Source: Nitrosopumilus sp. (GTDB taxonomy: Archaea; Thermoproteota; Nitrososphaeria; Nitrososphaerales; Nitrosopumilaceae). From it: DNA of 64,000 nt. Of the stretch, positions 47,471 through 57,738 are shown piece by piece (position 1 is the stretch's first letter; the number at the start of each line of letters is the position of its first letter). The notes beneath the pieces were generated by a model. That model worked only from the letters and a program-made list of their open reading frames with translations. It searched no databases and was not told the DNA's origin. A program made the position numbers and the translations under genes. The stretch lies in contig OZ243974.1 of the NCBI GenBank assembly GCA_965214775.1, positions 2,656,001-2,720,000 of the forward strand, read 5' to 3'.

Positions 47471-48988
47471 TTAGCCTGCCCGTTTTTCCTGCAGCATCTT
47501 TTTGAGCATGATTCTGTTAATTGCATCAATGACTGCCTTGACTGACGTGGTAACAATGTCTTCGCCTACCGACTTTGCAGATACCTTGTTTCCCAATGGA
47601 TCCTCGACTTTTACGGTCACCTCGCACAAAGCGCTAGAACCGCCAGAAATTGAGGCCAGTCCGTAGTCCTTGATTCTGATTTCTGAAATCTTGCCAGTGA
47701 TCTTTTGTATTGCATTTAATGCCGCGTCAACCGGACCGACCCCGTAATCAGTCCCGATATGATCCTGCCCATCAACATTGAGTTTTACAAACGCATAGGG
47801 CATCGTTCCTATCCCAGTGGATACGGAAAATCCGGTCAGCTGCACGATGCGTTTAAGATCCTTCTCTCCCAAGACTTTGCTTGCCATCGACAGGAGCTCA
47901 ACGTCGGTTATCTGCTTGCCCTGGTCGCCTAACACCTTGACTTTTTCCAGGATTTGTTTTGCCTGCTCCTCAGTTGGCCTTACCCCGTACTCTTCAAGCA
48001 TTGCGTTCATTCCATGAACTCCTGCATGCTTTCCCACTTTGAGCCACCTCTTTCGCCCAACCAATTCGGGACTGATTGGCTCGTATGTCAAGGGATTGTT
48101 CAGCACGCCATGGGTGTGAATGCCCGACTCGTGGCCAAACGCGTTGGCACCAACAATGGCCTTGTTTGGCTGGACGATAATCCCCGCAGTCTTTGAGATG
48201 TATCTTGATACGTCGTAAATTAACTCGGATTTGATGTTGGTCTCGTATTTTTTCCCGTACGGCAGGCACTTGAGTGCCATGGACAGTTCTTCCAGGGACG
48301 CATTGCCTGCTCTTTCCCCTATTCCGTTAATCGTAACATGTGCACAAGCTGCCCCGGCATGGATGCCGGCCAATGCATTGGCCACTGCCAATCCAAAGTC
48401 ATTGTGACAGTGAACGCTTACAGGCAAGTTTGTAGCCTCAATGGCATCTTTGGTAATTCCTGCCATGTGTTCAGGTGTGGAATACCCCACAGTATCAGGA
48501 ATGTTTACCCTGTCGGCTCCTGCCTTTGCGACCCTGCCAAAAACTTTTTTCAGGAATTCCCTGTCAGTCCTTGATGCGTCTTCGGCTGAAAACTCCACCT
48601 GCAAACCATGAGACTTGCCGTACTCTACTGCCTCGACTGCCTTTTCTAATGCCTGCTCGCGAGTCATCTGGAGTTTGTACTCCAAGTGAATGTCAGATGT
48701 TGCAATAAAGGTGTGAATGTATTCCAATCCTGCATCAATGGCCGCATCGATGTCCTTTTTGGTGGTCCTGGTCAATCCGCAGACCTCCGAGGCCAGTCCG
48801 GCCGATGTGATCATCCTTACTGCCTGCAACTCGCCTTCTGAAATCACCGGAAATCCGGCCTCAATTGCGTCAACTCCCAGTCCGTCTAATTTTTTTGCAA
48901 TAGCCAGTTTTTGATCAGGGGACAATGAGACGCCAAGCGTCTGTTCCCCGTCCCTTAGCGTCGTATCAAAAATTCTAACTCTTGGCAT
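47471..48988 (-). CDS. leuA: 2-isopropylmalate/citramalate synthase
   Basis: DTTLRDGEQ, HCHNDFG and GERAGNA motifs with C-terminal regulatory domain GPVDA. Confidence 0.88.
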   Translation of the reverse strand: MPRVRIFDTTLRDGEQTLGVSLSPDQKLAIAKKLDGLGVDAIEAGFPVISEGELQAVRMITSAGLASEVCGLTRTTKKDIDAAIDAGLEYIHTFIATSDIHLEYKLQMTREQALEKAVEAVEYGKSHGLQVEFSAEDASRTDREFLKKVFGRVAKAGADRVNIPDTVGYSTPEHMAGITKDAIEATNLPVSVHCHNDFGLAVANALAGIHAGAACAHVTINGIGERAGNASLEELSMALKCLPYGKKYETNIKSELIYDVSRYISKTAGIIVQPNKAIVGANAFGHESGIHTHGVLNNPLTYEPISPELVGRKRWLKVGKHAGVHGMNAMLEEYGVRPTEEQAKQILEKVKVLGDQGKQITDVELLSMASKVLGEKDLKRIVQLTGFSVSTGIGTMPYAFVKLNVDGQDHIGTDYGVGPVDAALNAIQKITGKISEIRIKDYGLASISGGSSALCEVTVKVEDPLGNKVSAKSVGEDIVTTSVKAVIDAINRIMLKKMLQEKRAG

Positions 48989-49471
48989 TTAGGCCCCGCT
49001 CCTTTGCAAGGCTGCAACGCCGGTTCGGGCAACATCCAAGATTCCAAACGGCTTTGCCAGTTCCTCAAATGCCTTGATTTGATCAGGGGTGGCAGTCAAC
49101 TCCACCATGATAGAGTCCTTTTTGACATCATGGACCTTGCCCCCGTACGCGTTTGCCAATTCGTTGATCTTCATACTGTCATTAGCATTACTGAGTTTTA
49201 TCTTAAAAATACTCAGTTCCCGAAATACAGTCTTGTGCTCGTCTAGTTGCTGCACATCAAGGGTGTCAATCATTTTGTCTAGCTGCTTGACTATCTGCTC
49301 TACATGGTGCTCATCACCGTATGTAGTTATGGTCATTCTGGAGTAGGCAGGATTCTCCGTCACCCCAACTGAGATGCTGTCAATGTTAAAGTTTCTTGAA
49401 CGAAACAGGTGGGTCACCTTAAACAGGATGCCGGGCTTGTTTTCAACCAGTATGGAAAGTATTGACCACAT
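48989..49471 (-). CDS. ilvN: acetolactate synthase small subunit
   Basis: ACT domain ENKPGIL..FNIDSISV, KQLDK and VARTG motifs. Confidence 0.93.
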   Translation of the reverse strand: MWSILSILVENKPGILFKVTHLFRSRNFNIDSISVGVTENPAYSRMTITTYGDEHHVEQIVKQLDKMIDTLDVQQLDEHKTVFRELSIFKIKLSNANDSMKINELANAYGGKVHDVKKDSIMVELTATPDQIKAFEELAKPFGILDVARTGVAALQRSGA

Positions 49472-49489
49472 TATTTTTTTCTCCTCCTC

Positions 49490-51202
49490 CTAAGATGGCA
49501 GGATCATGTCTGACAACGATGTCCCAGGAGCTACGAATGGCAATACGTCTTCTTCAGGATCAATTGGAATGTCAATTACGGTTGCAACGTCGCTGCCCAA
49601 CGCATCCTTGATTGCTTTGTCCAGCTCGTCCATTGATTGCGCCCTGATTCCTTGTGCGCCGTAGGATTGTGCAAGCTTGACATAGTCAGGACACTTTCCT
49701 TGGTCCACCCCTATCATCCTTCTATCATAGAATGTCCTTTGCCATTGAGCTACCATTCCCAATGTGAAATTGTTTAACAGAAATACGATGACCGGAATGT
49801 CTTCCAAGACGGCAGTCGCCAAAGAGTTTTCAGTCATGCTGAAGCTGCCATCACCTGCAATGTCAACTACCGGGACATCAGGACGCGCCACTTTGGCACC
49901 GATTGCAGCCGGAAATCCCCAACCCATCGTGCCCAACCCAGTGGAGCTAAAGAAGGTACCGGGTTGAATTACATCATAGAACAGTGACGCCCACATTTGG
50001 TGCTGTCCTACTTCGGTCGTAATTACGGATTCTTTTGGCAAGAGTTCCCGCAGTTTTCTTAAAATTTTGGCCGCGCCCATCTCGCCTGGATGAAGTTTCA
50101 AGTTTTCCTTCCAGTATGCCTTGGTTTCCTTGACATGCCGTATCCACGGAGTCTCTTCGGTCCTCTTTACTTCTTTTTGCAAGAGCAGTTTTACCATAAT
50201 ACGCAGTGATGCACGAACGTCTCCCACTACTGCCACCTGTGTAGTCTGATTCTTTCCAATTTCAGCCGGATCCACATCCATGTGTATGATCTTCAGTCGC
50301 CTCTCAAACTCCTCAAAGGTTCCCACGGAACGGTCTGAAAATCTTGTGCCTATTGCCAGTACGCAGTCGGCTTCAGTCATAATCCTGTTGGCCTCTGCAT
50401 GCCCGTGCATTCCGATTGGTCCTAACGACAAAGGATGGGTTTCAGGAAATCCCCCTTTCCCCTTGAAGGTAGTCACAACTGGCAGCATCAAGGTTTCAGC
50501 TACTGCCTGCAGTTCTGCAAACGCAGAAGAGATGATTGTGCCGCCACCTGCCAGGATGACCGGTTTTTCTGCATGCAACAGCATCTCTATTGCCTTTTGA
50601 ACTGCAACAACGTCGGGATCAGCCCATGGATGATATCCGGGAATTCTAAACTCCTCGGGAAATTCCATTTCAGCTTCGTTGATCTGCACATCCTTTGGTA
50701 TGTCAATCAGTACGGGGCCTGGCCGTCCGGTTTCAGCGATGTAGAATCCTTTTTTTACTGCATCAGGGACTTCGGCTGCGGTTCTGGGCTGATACGCATA
50801 TTTGATTGCAGGATTTGCCATTCCAAGAATGTCACTTTCCTGAAACGCATCGCGTCCAATCATGTCTACTGGCACCTGTCCTGTTACTGCCACCATTGGT
50901 GCAGAGTCTGCCTGTGCTGTTGCAAGACCCGTCAGGATGTTAGTGGCCCCCGGTCCCGATGTTGCAAAACATACGCCGGGTTTTCTTGAGACTCTGCCAA
51001 AGCCGTCGGCCATATGGGCAGCCGACTGCTCATGCCTTACCAGGATGTGTCTAATGTCACATCTTGCAAACTCGTCATACATTGGAAGATTTGCGCCTCC
51101 CGGCAAGCCGAACACCTGCTTGACGCCTTCTTGTTCCATGGCAGTCATCAAGGCTTTTGCGCCAGACATGGTCTCGAGTTTTTTATTCATCTTGTTCATC
51201 AA
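49490..51202 (-). CDS. ilvB: acetolactate synthase large subunit
   Basis: FGLPGGA, RHEQ, TSGPGATN, GQHQMW and GDGSF motifs. Confidence 0.95.
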   Translation of the reverse strand: MMNKMNKKLETMSGAKALMTAMEQEGVKQVFGLPGGANLPMYDEFARCDIRHILVRHEQSAAHMADGFGRVSRKPGVCFATSGPGATNILTGLATAQADSAPMVAVTGQVPVDMIGRDAFQESDILGMANPAIKYAYQPRTAAEVPDAVKKGFYIAETGRPGPVLIDIPKDVQINEAEMEFPEEFRIPGYHPWADPDVVAVQKAIEMLLHAEKPVILAGGGTIISSAFAELQAVAETLMLPVVTTFKGKGGFPETHPLSLGPIGMHGHAEANRIMTEADCVLAIGTRFSDRSVGTFEEFERRLKIIHMDVDPAEIGKNQTTQVAVVGDVRASLRIMVKLLLQKEVKRTEETPWIRHVKETKAYWKENLKLHPGEMGAAKILRKLRELLPKESVITTEVGQHQMWASLFYDVIQPGTFFSSTGLGTMGWGFPAAIGAKVARPDVPVVDIAGDGSFSMTENSLATAVLEDIPVIVFLLNNFTLGMVAQWQRTFYDRRMIGVDQGKCPDYVKLAQSYGAQGIRAQSMDELDKAIKDALGSDVATVIDIPIDPEEDVLPFVAPGTSLSDMILPS

Positions 51203-51248
51203 TTTGATTCCTCTCCATAATTTTAATGTCTAAATTTTAGGATGTACC

Positions 51249-51314
51249 TTACAGCAGTACTGGCGGCAAAACCGGCAAATAGTGGCCAATGCTTTTGTTA
51301 ATTCTTCGATTCAT
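51249..51314 (-). promoter_or_regulatory. putative branched-chain amino acid leader ORF (21 aa)
   Basis: MNRRINKSIGHYLPVLPPVLL stop, 46 bp upstream of ilvB; TTATAT box about 30 bp before its ATG. Confidence 0.5.
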
Positions 51315-51434
51315 TAAAGTCACAAAGTTCACTAGGATCTGAGATATAAGGATTTTCAGAAAAATCAACGTCATGGCAGGCTCAAACACACAGAAGACTT
51401 AAACGAATAATTTCCATATTGCAAATGAATTGTT

Positions 51435-51854
51435 TTGTCAGACAATGAGGACATTATCAACGTAATTGAAACGCTCTTTGAGGCAGGAATCTCAAAGGAT
51501 CTAGCCAAGCTCAAGGAGATTCATCTTGATGATCCTAAATTTTCTAGCTTTAGTGACTTGCCACCATATGACCTCAAGGACTGCAAGACGACAATAGAGC
51601 TCGAAGAGTTGCGCTTTGTGAGCATTTCAGACTATTCCTATGAGATTAAGAATCCAAAGATCAGTGTCTTTGGGGATACTGCAGTGGTTGCAATGGAGCT
51701 AGTCCAGAAAGGAATGCTGGTGGACAACAAGGCATTCACCGGGGAACATATGACGATTAATGGCAGGGCAACGTTTGTGCTGGTAAGAAGACGGCCAACA
51801 TGGAAGATTGCCCACATTCATATGTCAAAAATGGAACGCCTGGATGTGTCCTAA
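51435..51854 (+). CDS. NTF2/SnoaL-like protein
   Basis: VFGDTAVV, GRATFVL and WKIAHIHMS motifs. Confidence 0.85.
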   Translation: MSDNEDIINVIETLFEAGISKDLAKLKEIHLDDPKFSSFSDLPPYDLKDCKTTIELEELRFVSISDYSYEIKNPKISVFGDTAVVAMELVQKGMLVDNKAFTGEHMTINGRATFVLVRRRPTWKIAHIHMSKMERLDVS

Positions 51855-52804
51855 GAAGAATTGCCGGGTCTTGGTTGATTGCCATCAGGCCCGTCAGGTT
51901 TTTTGCTCTGATCGTCTGGCTGGTCATCCTTTTTGCTGTCGCTGTCTGCCTTCTCTTGGTCAGGACTTTCTTTCTTTTGTTGCTGTGGCTTGTTGGCATT
52001 GGCGTCTGGTTTTTTCCTTTCTTCTGAAACCAGTTTTTGGTATAGTTTGTAAGCCTGGTCAACATCGTAGTTTTGGTGGACTATTGCCCTGACTGATTTA
52101 ATCATCGATACCGGGTGATCAGACTGCCAGATGTTTCTGCCCATGTCAACTCCCACTGCGCCTCCTTTGATTGCGTTGTAGGTCAGCTGCATTGCATCGC
52201 GTTCGGGAATCTTCTTTCCGCCTGCAACGATGATTGGAACCGGACATGACCGAACCACCCTTTCAAAGTTCTCACAATAGTAGGTCTTTACAATGTGGGC
52301 GCCCTGTTCAGACGCTATTCTGCATGCAAGCGAGAGATATCTTGCGTCTTTTCCAAGTTCTTTTCCCACTGCAGTTACTGCCAGTACTGGAATTCCATAC
52401 TGTTCTGCCTCGGAAACTAGTTTTCCAAGATTGACAATTGTCTGGTATTCATATTTTGAGCCAACAAAGATGGACATTGCAAGTGCGCTTGCATTGAGCC
52501 GGATTGCGTCTTGAATTGATACTGTAATGTCTTCTTGAGACAAGTCGTCCCCAATGATGCTAGAGCCGCCTGAGACCCGCAAGACCATGGGGGTGCGCGT
52601 GTTTGCATCAACTGATGTCCTTTGGACGCCACGCGTCAGCATCAGAGAGTCGCAGTGCTTCAAAAGCGGGGCAATCACTTTTTTTGGGTTTTCTAATCTT
52701 TCGGTTGGGCCAAGAAAGTACCCATGATCGACTGCCAGCATCAACGCGCGGTTGTTTTGAGGCTTGATAATTTGTGCCAGTCTGTTTTGTAGTCCCCAGT
52801 CCAT
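51851..52804 (-). CDS. lsrF: LsrF-type class I aldolase/thiolase
   Basis: MDWGLQNRL, LAVDHGYFLGP, VKTYY, AGGKK and DMGRNIWQ motifs; low-complexity tail. Confidence 0.85.
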   Translation of the reverse strand: MDWGLQNRLAQIIKPQNNRALMLAVDHGYFLGPTERLENPKKVIAPLLKHCDSLMLTRGVQRTSVDANTRTPMVLRVSGGSSIIGDDLSQEDITVSIQDAIRLNASALAMSIFVGSKYEYQTIVNLGKLVSEAEQYGIPVLAVTAVGKELGKDARYLSLACRIASEQGAHIVKTYYCENFERVVRSCPVPIIVAGGKKIPERDAMQLTYNAIKGGAVGVDMGRNIWQSDHPVSMIKSVRAIVHQNYDVDQAYKLYQKLVSEERKKPDANANKPQQQKKESPDQEKADSDSKKDDQPDDQSKKPDGPDGNQPRPGNSS

Positions 52805-52848
52805 CTGTCTTCGAATAGCAAAAATTTCAGGCTATTCTTAAGCCTTTC

Positions 52849-53880
52849 TTACTTTGTAATGATTATCTTCATGGAATTGTCCCCTGTTCTGGCATGATCA
52901 AATGCCTTTTGGGCATCCGTGATGGGATATGTGTGAGTTATGAGTTTCCCTACCTCTATTTGTCCTGATTCAATGATGTCTAATGCCTCTTTGGTGTCTG
53001 CATCAGAAGCTGCATAACTTGTAACTAGGGTAATTTCCTTGGAGTAGACCTTGCTCATGTCAAGACTCATCATGGCACCGTCTGTCGGGACGCCAAACAT
53101 CATTACCGTTCCGCCCCTCCTGACCAGATCAATCGCGTCCTCAAGCGCCTTGAGGCTGGATGTGGCCACGATTGCAACGTCTGTTCCCCGGTTTTCAGTC
53201 GCATCCAGAATCTTTTGTTTTTTGTTCTCGTCAGTAGAGCGTATTGCATCAGTAACGTTGAATTTCTTTGCAAACTCTAGTCTGAAATCATTTACATCAA
53301 AGCAAAATATCTTGGAGAATTTTTTTGCGCGAGCCAGCATTGCATGCATCATGCCAGTCGGGCCTGTTCCAAAGACTGCAACAGAGTCACCCTCTGTGTA
53401 TCCGTACTTGTTCCAGGCCCTGATACAGCATGCCAGTGGCTCGATCATTGCGGCCTCTTCAAAACTAAGCGAATCGGAAATTTTCAAGACACCGCCGTGT
53501 GCAACGTTCCATGCGGGAACCACGTACTCTTCGGACAATCCGCACGGGGAAAGGTTTGTCTCCGAATATTTCTTGCACATTGTTTCACATCCGCGATTGC
53601 AGTAATGACAGTCATAGCACGGGACGTGATGATGTGTAAAGACTCTGTCTCCTTTTGCAAACTCAGTGACATCAGAGCCTGTTTCAACGACAACCCCTGC
53701 CGGCTCGTGTCCCAATCTCATTGACGGCTGCCCGTATTGCCCAAAGACTTTTTCCAAGTCAGAACCGCATATCCCACATGCATGCATCTGTACCAGTATA
53801 TCACCGGGCTCCAAAGTGGGTTTCTGTGTCTCATCGACTGAAATTACAGACGGCTCCTTGACTGACGCAGTTTTCATCAA
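52849..53880 (-). CDS. zinc-dependent alcohol/sugar dehydrogenase
   Basis: CGICGSD, GHEPAG, CxxCxxC..C and GTGPTG motifs. Confidence 0.92.
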   Translation of the reverse strand: MMKTASVKEPSVISVDETQKPTLEPGDILVQMHACGICGSDLEKVFGQYGQPSMRLGHEPAGVVVETGSDVTEFAKGDRVFTHHHVPCYDCHYCNRGCETMCKKYSETNLSPCGLSEEYVVPAWNVAHGGVLKISDSLSFEEAAMIEPLACCIRAWNKYGYTEGDSVAVFGTGPTGMMHAMLARAKKFSKIFCFDVNDFRLEFAKKFNVTDAIRSTDENKKQKILDATENRGTDVAIVATSSLKALEDAIDLVRRGGTVMMFGVPTDGAMMSLDMSKVYSKEITLVTSYAASDADTKEALDIIESGQIEVGKLITHTYPITDAQKAFDHARTGDNSMKIIITK

Positions 53881-53914
53881 GCAATTTTAGAAGACAGACT
53901 ATAAGTAGATTGAA

Positions 53915-54208
53915 TCACACGCCAAGAATCTTCTTGAGCATTGCCCTATAGTCAACATCAGACTTCTCGCTTCCGGCTGCCGGCAACGCAAAGACCAAGG
54001 TTGATTTCTCTGTCCTAAGTGCCGTTAGCTCATCGTTGATTTCTTTAGTGATGTCATCACTGACTAGAACCAGCCCGACATCAGAGTCGTCAGTCAGGGT
54101 TTTGATCTCCTCTAGTGCTTTTTGAGGAGTGTCAGTTACTTTTCCCGGGACCCCGGCCAGCTGAAAGCTTGCCACAAAGGACTTGCTGCCTACGGTGAAG
54201 ATCTTCAC
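53915..54208 (-). CDS. atpF: A/V-type ATP synthase subunit F
   Basis: KIFTVGSKSFVASFQLAGV, VGLVLV and KKILGV motifs; GTG start. Confidence 0.85.
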   Translation of the reverse strand: MKIFTVGSKSFVASFQLAGVPGKVTDTPQKALEEIKTLTDDSDVGLVLVSDDITKEINDELTALRTEKSTLVFALPAAGSEKSDVDYRAMLKKILGV

Positions 54209-54253
54209 AATCCAAATCCTTGCGCGTTCTAATTTAACCGTTTTTGGCAAGCC

Positions 54254-54623
54254 CAGTCTTCACAGAAGTAACTCATGGAGGCACCGGTGGAGGGGGCTGG
54301 GGCAGCATCCTATAGTCCGATATGCCGCGCATGATCACGTCCTTGAGGCGCTGCCGGGTGATCAGAGGAATCCTCGGTGGTGGTGATCCCCGTCATGATC
54401 CTCATCATCGCGTTTGTCATGACCCACGCGTTGAAGACCATGACAGAGTACACAAAGTACAGCATCCTTGCCTCGGGGCTTTTGCTGTGGGTCCTGACCC
54501 TTGCGTTCTCTATCATCCTGTATCCGGTCTCGATCCCCCACCTGCGGCTGTACTCGTCCGGATCTATTCCCTGCACGTTGGTTGGGTTCTGTGTAATCTT
54601 CGTGATATGGATCTTCTCCCGAT
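54254..54623 (-). pseudogene. ISH3/IS4-like transposase C-terminal remnant with end
   Basis: YSRRWGIETGYR and FNAW motifs; CAGT-starting terminus at 54254. Confidence 0.75.
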
Positions 54624-54889
54624 TCAAGCCTGATTCCCCTCCATGCTCAAACTAGCGTTCTGAATTATTGCCTTCCATTTGTTTTTGCCATCTACGCTGA
54701 TTAGAGCAGATTCTGCCGGGGTTTGTCCTTTGAGACCTCCGTGTTTTTTGACATAGTTGTAGCAGACCATCATTCCATTCAGGATTTCGGTATCCGTTTT
54801 CTTCAGGCCTCTGAAGACCTTTTCCCTGTCCCATATCTCCCCGTTCAGTCTCTCCATCCTGTTGTTGTTATCCCGGTCTCTCTTTCCTA
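54624..54889 (-). pseudogene. IS6-like transposase C-terminal remnant
   Basis: NNNRMERLNG..RGLK..YNYVKKH..TPAE; cut by a MITE. Confidence 0.75.
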
Positions 54890-55027
54890 AGAGATGATCC
54901 GAAATTAGAAGCCATGTAAATTTTTCAAATAATTTCACAGATAATCTGTATTTTGTTGGTGTTTTGAGCTGATTTATGCAGGATTCGTTCACAAATAATC
55001 AGAGTCTGCTAATTTCAAATCAACTCT
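54890..55027. mobile_element. MITE family A, complete copy
   Basis: Close match to 16842-16978. Confidence 0.9.
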
Positions 55028-55232
55028 CAGGCGACACTACCGGCCGGAGCATTCGTGATCACGCCTGTTGTGCCGTATCTCATTGGAGGGTAAACTCATA
55101 CTTCTAGGAGTGTATGACGGTTTATTTCAGGGAACCCAAATTCACTCCATGACGTCAGATCCACGTGTACGTTTCGCTTAGATGTAGGCAGTAGATCAGA
55201 AGGTTGATTTAGGCTAAAAAAAACGTGATCTT

Positions 55233-55532
55233 ATGGCTGAAATTGACACTAGCAAAGATGTCTATCTGTTTCTCCACGGAAGAATGGATCTTAAAGAAAA
55301 GGCAATGAATGTACTTGTTGCAAAGGGCTTTGCAGCAGACAAAGTCATCATGGCATTGCCAGACAAGGTAGGAAGTGTTGGCGATTACATGGCAATGATG
55401 TGGATGCCGCCAAACCCCGACCATGTCAAGATTCAACAGATCACCAAGGTCGAAGAGGTCAAACCAGAAGGAATGATCGGCCTCTGGAAGGGCGTAGCAA
55501 AGGACGATATCGAGTCTGTTCCATTAGAATAG
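55233..55532 (+). CDS. hypothetical protein
   Basis: 99-aa ORF with core-like codon use. Confidence 0.75.
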   Translation: MAEIDTSKDVYLFLHGRMDLKEKAMNVLVAKGFAADKVIMALPDKVGSVGDYMAMMWMPPNPDHVKIQQITKVEEVKPEGMIGLWKGVAKDDIESVPLE

Positions 55533-55533
55533 A

Positions 55534-55785
55534 TTAGCTGAATCCGGCGCCAAACTCTTTTCCTTTTCCCAAGAGATCAATCAAACCGGAATTTTTCATT
55601 TTCATAAACAACAATGTCGCATAGACTGTCTCCATTGCCTCCTTGTCATCTACTCCGCAATCAGCTTTGACTTGATCACGATATGGATCTAGTTTTGATG
55701 CATCTTGCTCGTTATAGGAGATGCCATCACGGGCCATCATCTTTGCAATTTTGTCAATTTCAGTGTTTCTTTGAGAGTCATCCAC
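55534..55785 (-). CDS. hypothetical protein
   Basis: 83-aa ORF ending FGAGFS, convergent with the previous gene. Confidence 0.7.
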   Translation of the reverse strand: MDDSQRNTEIDKIAKMMARDGISYNEQDASKLDPYRDQVKADCGVDDKEAMETVYATLLFMKMKNSGLIDLLGKGKEFGAGFS

Positions 55786-55824
55786 ACAAGAACAGTAGAA
55801 ATCATAGTTAATAACTAATTCGGA

Positions 55825-56130
55825 TCACAAGTCATGAATCAAGCCAACTAGAAAATCAGAAAACTCTTCATCTGAAAAAGCAATTTTCTCAACCTTGTCT
55901 TCCTTGATTGCCAGGGACACCGAATCCAGATGGTAGCAGGAAGACGTCTTTCCATTTGATTGGCTAAAATAAAATGCAGAGCATGAGCAAAAATCAGATG
56001 CGGGATCTATCCAATGCTCTTTGCCCTTGCCAACCACAGTCCAGATTTTCCGTCCACTAGGCTCAAAGACATGCAGTTTTACGCGCTTTTCTGATACAAT
56101 GGTTTCCAGTCGGTCAGAATCCCCGTTCAT
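55825..56130 (-). CDS. SWIM zinc-finger protein
   Basis: FCSC..CYH motif. Confidence 0.8.
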   Translation of the reverse strand: MNGDSDRLETIVSEKRVKLHVFEPSGRKIWTVVGKGKEHWIDPASDFCSCSAFYFSQSNGKTSSCYHLDSVSLAIKEDKVEKIAFSDEEFSDFLVGLIHDL

Positions 56131-56161
56131 AACGGTTTAATCCCATATGTAAGGTATAACT

Positions 56162-56914
56162 TTGATGCCACAAACGCGGATTGTTCCTTCAAAACCTGCG
56201 CTAATTCTAGAAGGTAGAAAAAAGAGCCTCATCATAACTGACATTCACATTGGCTTTGAGAGCAGCATGGCATCAAACGAAATATTTGTTGGAAAAAACT
56301 CCACTATCGCCGAAACCATATCAGAGATAAAGAAGATCATCGATTCAGAGAGTCCAGACTCTGTGATTTTGTTAGGGGATGTAAAGTCAAGCGTCAAGAG
56401 CATTGGAAAAAGCGAGTGGGACGAGGTTCCAGAATTCCTTGGGGAGATTAGGAAAAAATGTGACGTGGTACTAATTCCCGGAAACCATGATGCAAACATT
56501 CAGAGATTGGTTCCAGACGGCATCTCCATGATCAGCCCAACTGGAATGGTCGAGGAAAACGTCTTGCTGACACACGGACACATGATGCCATCTGAGAACT
56601 TTTCTCATGTCGACAAGATCATCATGGGACATCTGCATCCGGTATTCTTTCAAGAAGATTCCGTGATTAACGGGCAGCGTGTCTGGGTTTCAATCAAGAC
56701 CGAGAAGGAGAAGATCTTTCCAAGCAGATCAGGAGAGTTGGAAATTACCATAGTTCCTTCTTTTAACAAGTACTTTTATGCAACTCGCAAAAAAAGATAC
56801 AAAAAATCAATATCGCCAATCATTGACAGGATAGACTCCATTTCGGATGCAAGAATCGTTACGCTTGATGGGACAATTATCGGAAACGAATCAATCATTG
56901 ATCAGGTGCTGTAA
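56162..56914 (+). CDS. metallophosphoesterase
   Basis: DIHIG, LGD, GNHD, THGH and GHLHP motifs. Confidence 0.92.
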   Translation: MMPQTRIVPSKPALILEGRKKSLIITDIHIGFESSMASNEIFVGKNSTIAETISEIKKIIDSESPDSVILLGDVKSSVKSIGKSEWDEVPEFLGEIRKKCDVVLIPGNHDANIQRLVPDGISMISPTGMVEENVLLTHGHMMPSENFSHVDKIIMGHLHPVFFQEDSVINGQRVWVSIKTEKEKIFPSRSGELEITIVPSFNKYFYATRKKRYKKSISPIIDRIDSISDARIVTLDGTIIGNESIIDQVL

Positions 56915-56928
56915 ATGTACCGCATCAG

Positions 56929-56967
56929 AGAGGTGATCCGAAATTAGAAACCAAACACCCCGTCCAC
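56929..56967. mobile_element. solo end of the IS5/MITE-A family
   Basis: AGAGGTGATCCGAAATTAGAAA..CCCCGTCC matches 44722-44760; preceded by CAG. Confidence 0.7.
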
Positions 56968-57156
56968 AGATGTCCTGCCGCAGTACGTATATCAAAAAAA
57001 CGGATCGTAATTTTGACATATCGTGCATATTTCGATAAAAAATGTCCAGATTTCAACTGTGCGCACTCTTATGGGGAACTTTTGGGAGGACTGGCAGCAG
57101 ACTATTCAATCCAGATTGAAGATTTTCTTATTATGATGCAGTGCGCAGATGAGACA

Positions 57157-57738
57157 ATGATTTTGAATACGAAGCAAAAACTGCTGGTTTTGGGAATGGC
57201 GGCAGCCTGTCTGTCCGTCCCCGGCTCCGCACATGCGAGTCACGGTGTGGGCGCGGGATCCTGGAACCACGACGATGTGGGATATGCGTGTCTCAGCTCT
57301 GTCAATCTCATGCCTGTCGAATCCAGTACTGATCCGTGCGATGGCTTCGACAGCCGTGGATGTCTGGAACTCCATACCATCGTCAAGCTTGGAGTTTGAC
57401 GAGGTTTTGTCGAGCACGGCAGACATGACTGTTGGTGCATCCAGCCTGTATTCCGGGACATGGCCGTCAACCAAGTCGTAATACATGGGGGAACCACAAT
57501 AATGGATTCTGACATCCGGTTCAACTACAATGTGCATTGGGGTGACCGCGCAGGTGCAGATTGGTGGAAGTTCTGGGTCAAGGACTACCTGTCCACTGCA
57601 ATCCATGAAACGGGCCACGCGATCAGATTGGTACATGATCCGAACTCGGAGTTGATGCGCGGCAGTCACGACATCGGCGAGATATACCGGACCCCGTCAG
57701 AACACGACATAAGTACCGTGGAGTGGAAATATCCATGA
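57157..57738 (+). pseudogene. secreted matrixin-like (M10) metallopeptidase, frameshifted
   Basis: Signal peptide, AVDVWNS, SDIRFN, HETGHAIRLVH and Met-turn SELM are spread over three ORF segments. Confidence 0.7.

Noticed and set aside
53915-54208. Stand-alone ATP synthase subunit F as an anomaly
   Set aside because: Separation of subunit F from the main A-ATPase cluster is, to my knowledge, usual in Thaumarchaeota.
55150-55200. attC-like integron site (imperfect palindrome, loosely similar to 58894-58950)
   Set aside because: No RYYYAAC/GTTRRRY boxes, no cassette array and no integrase in the window.
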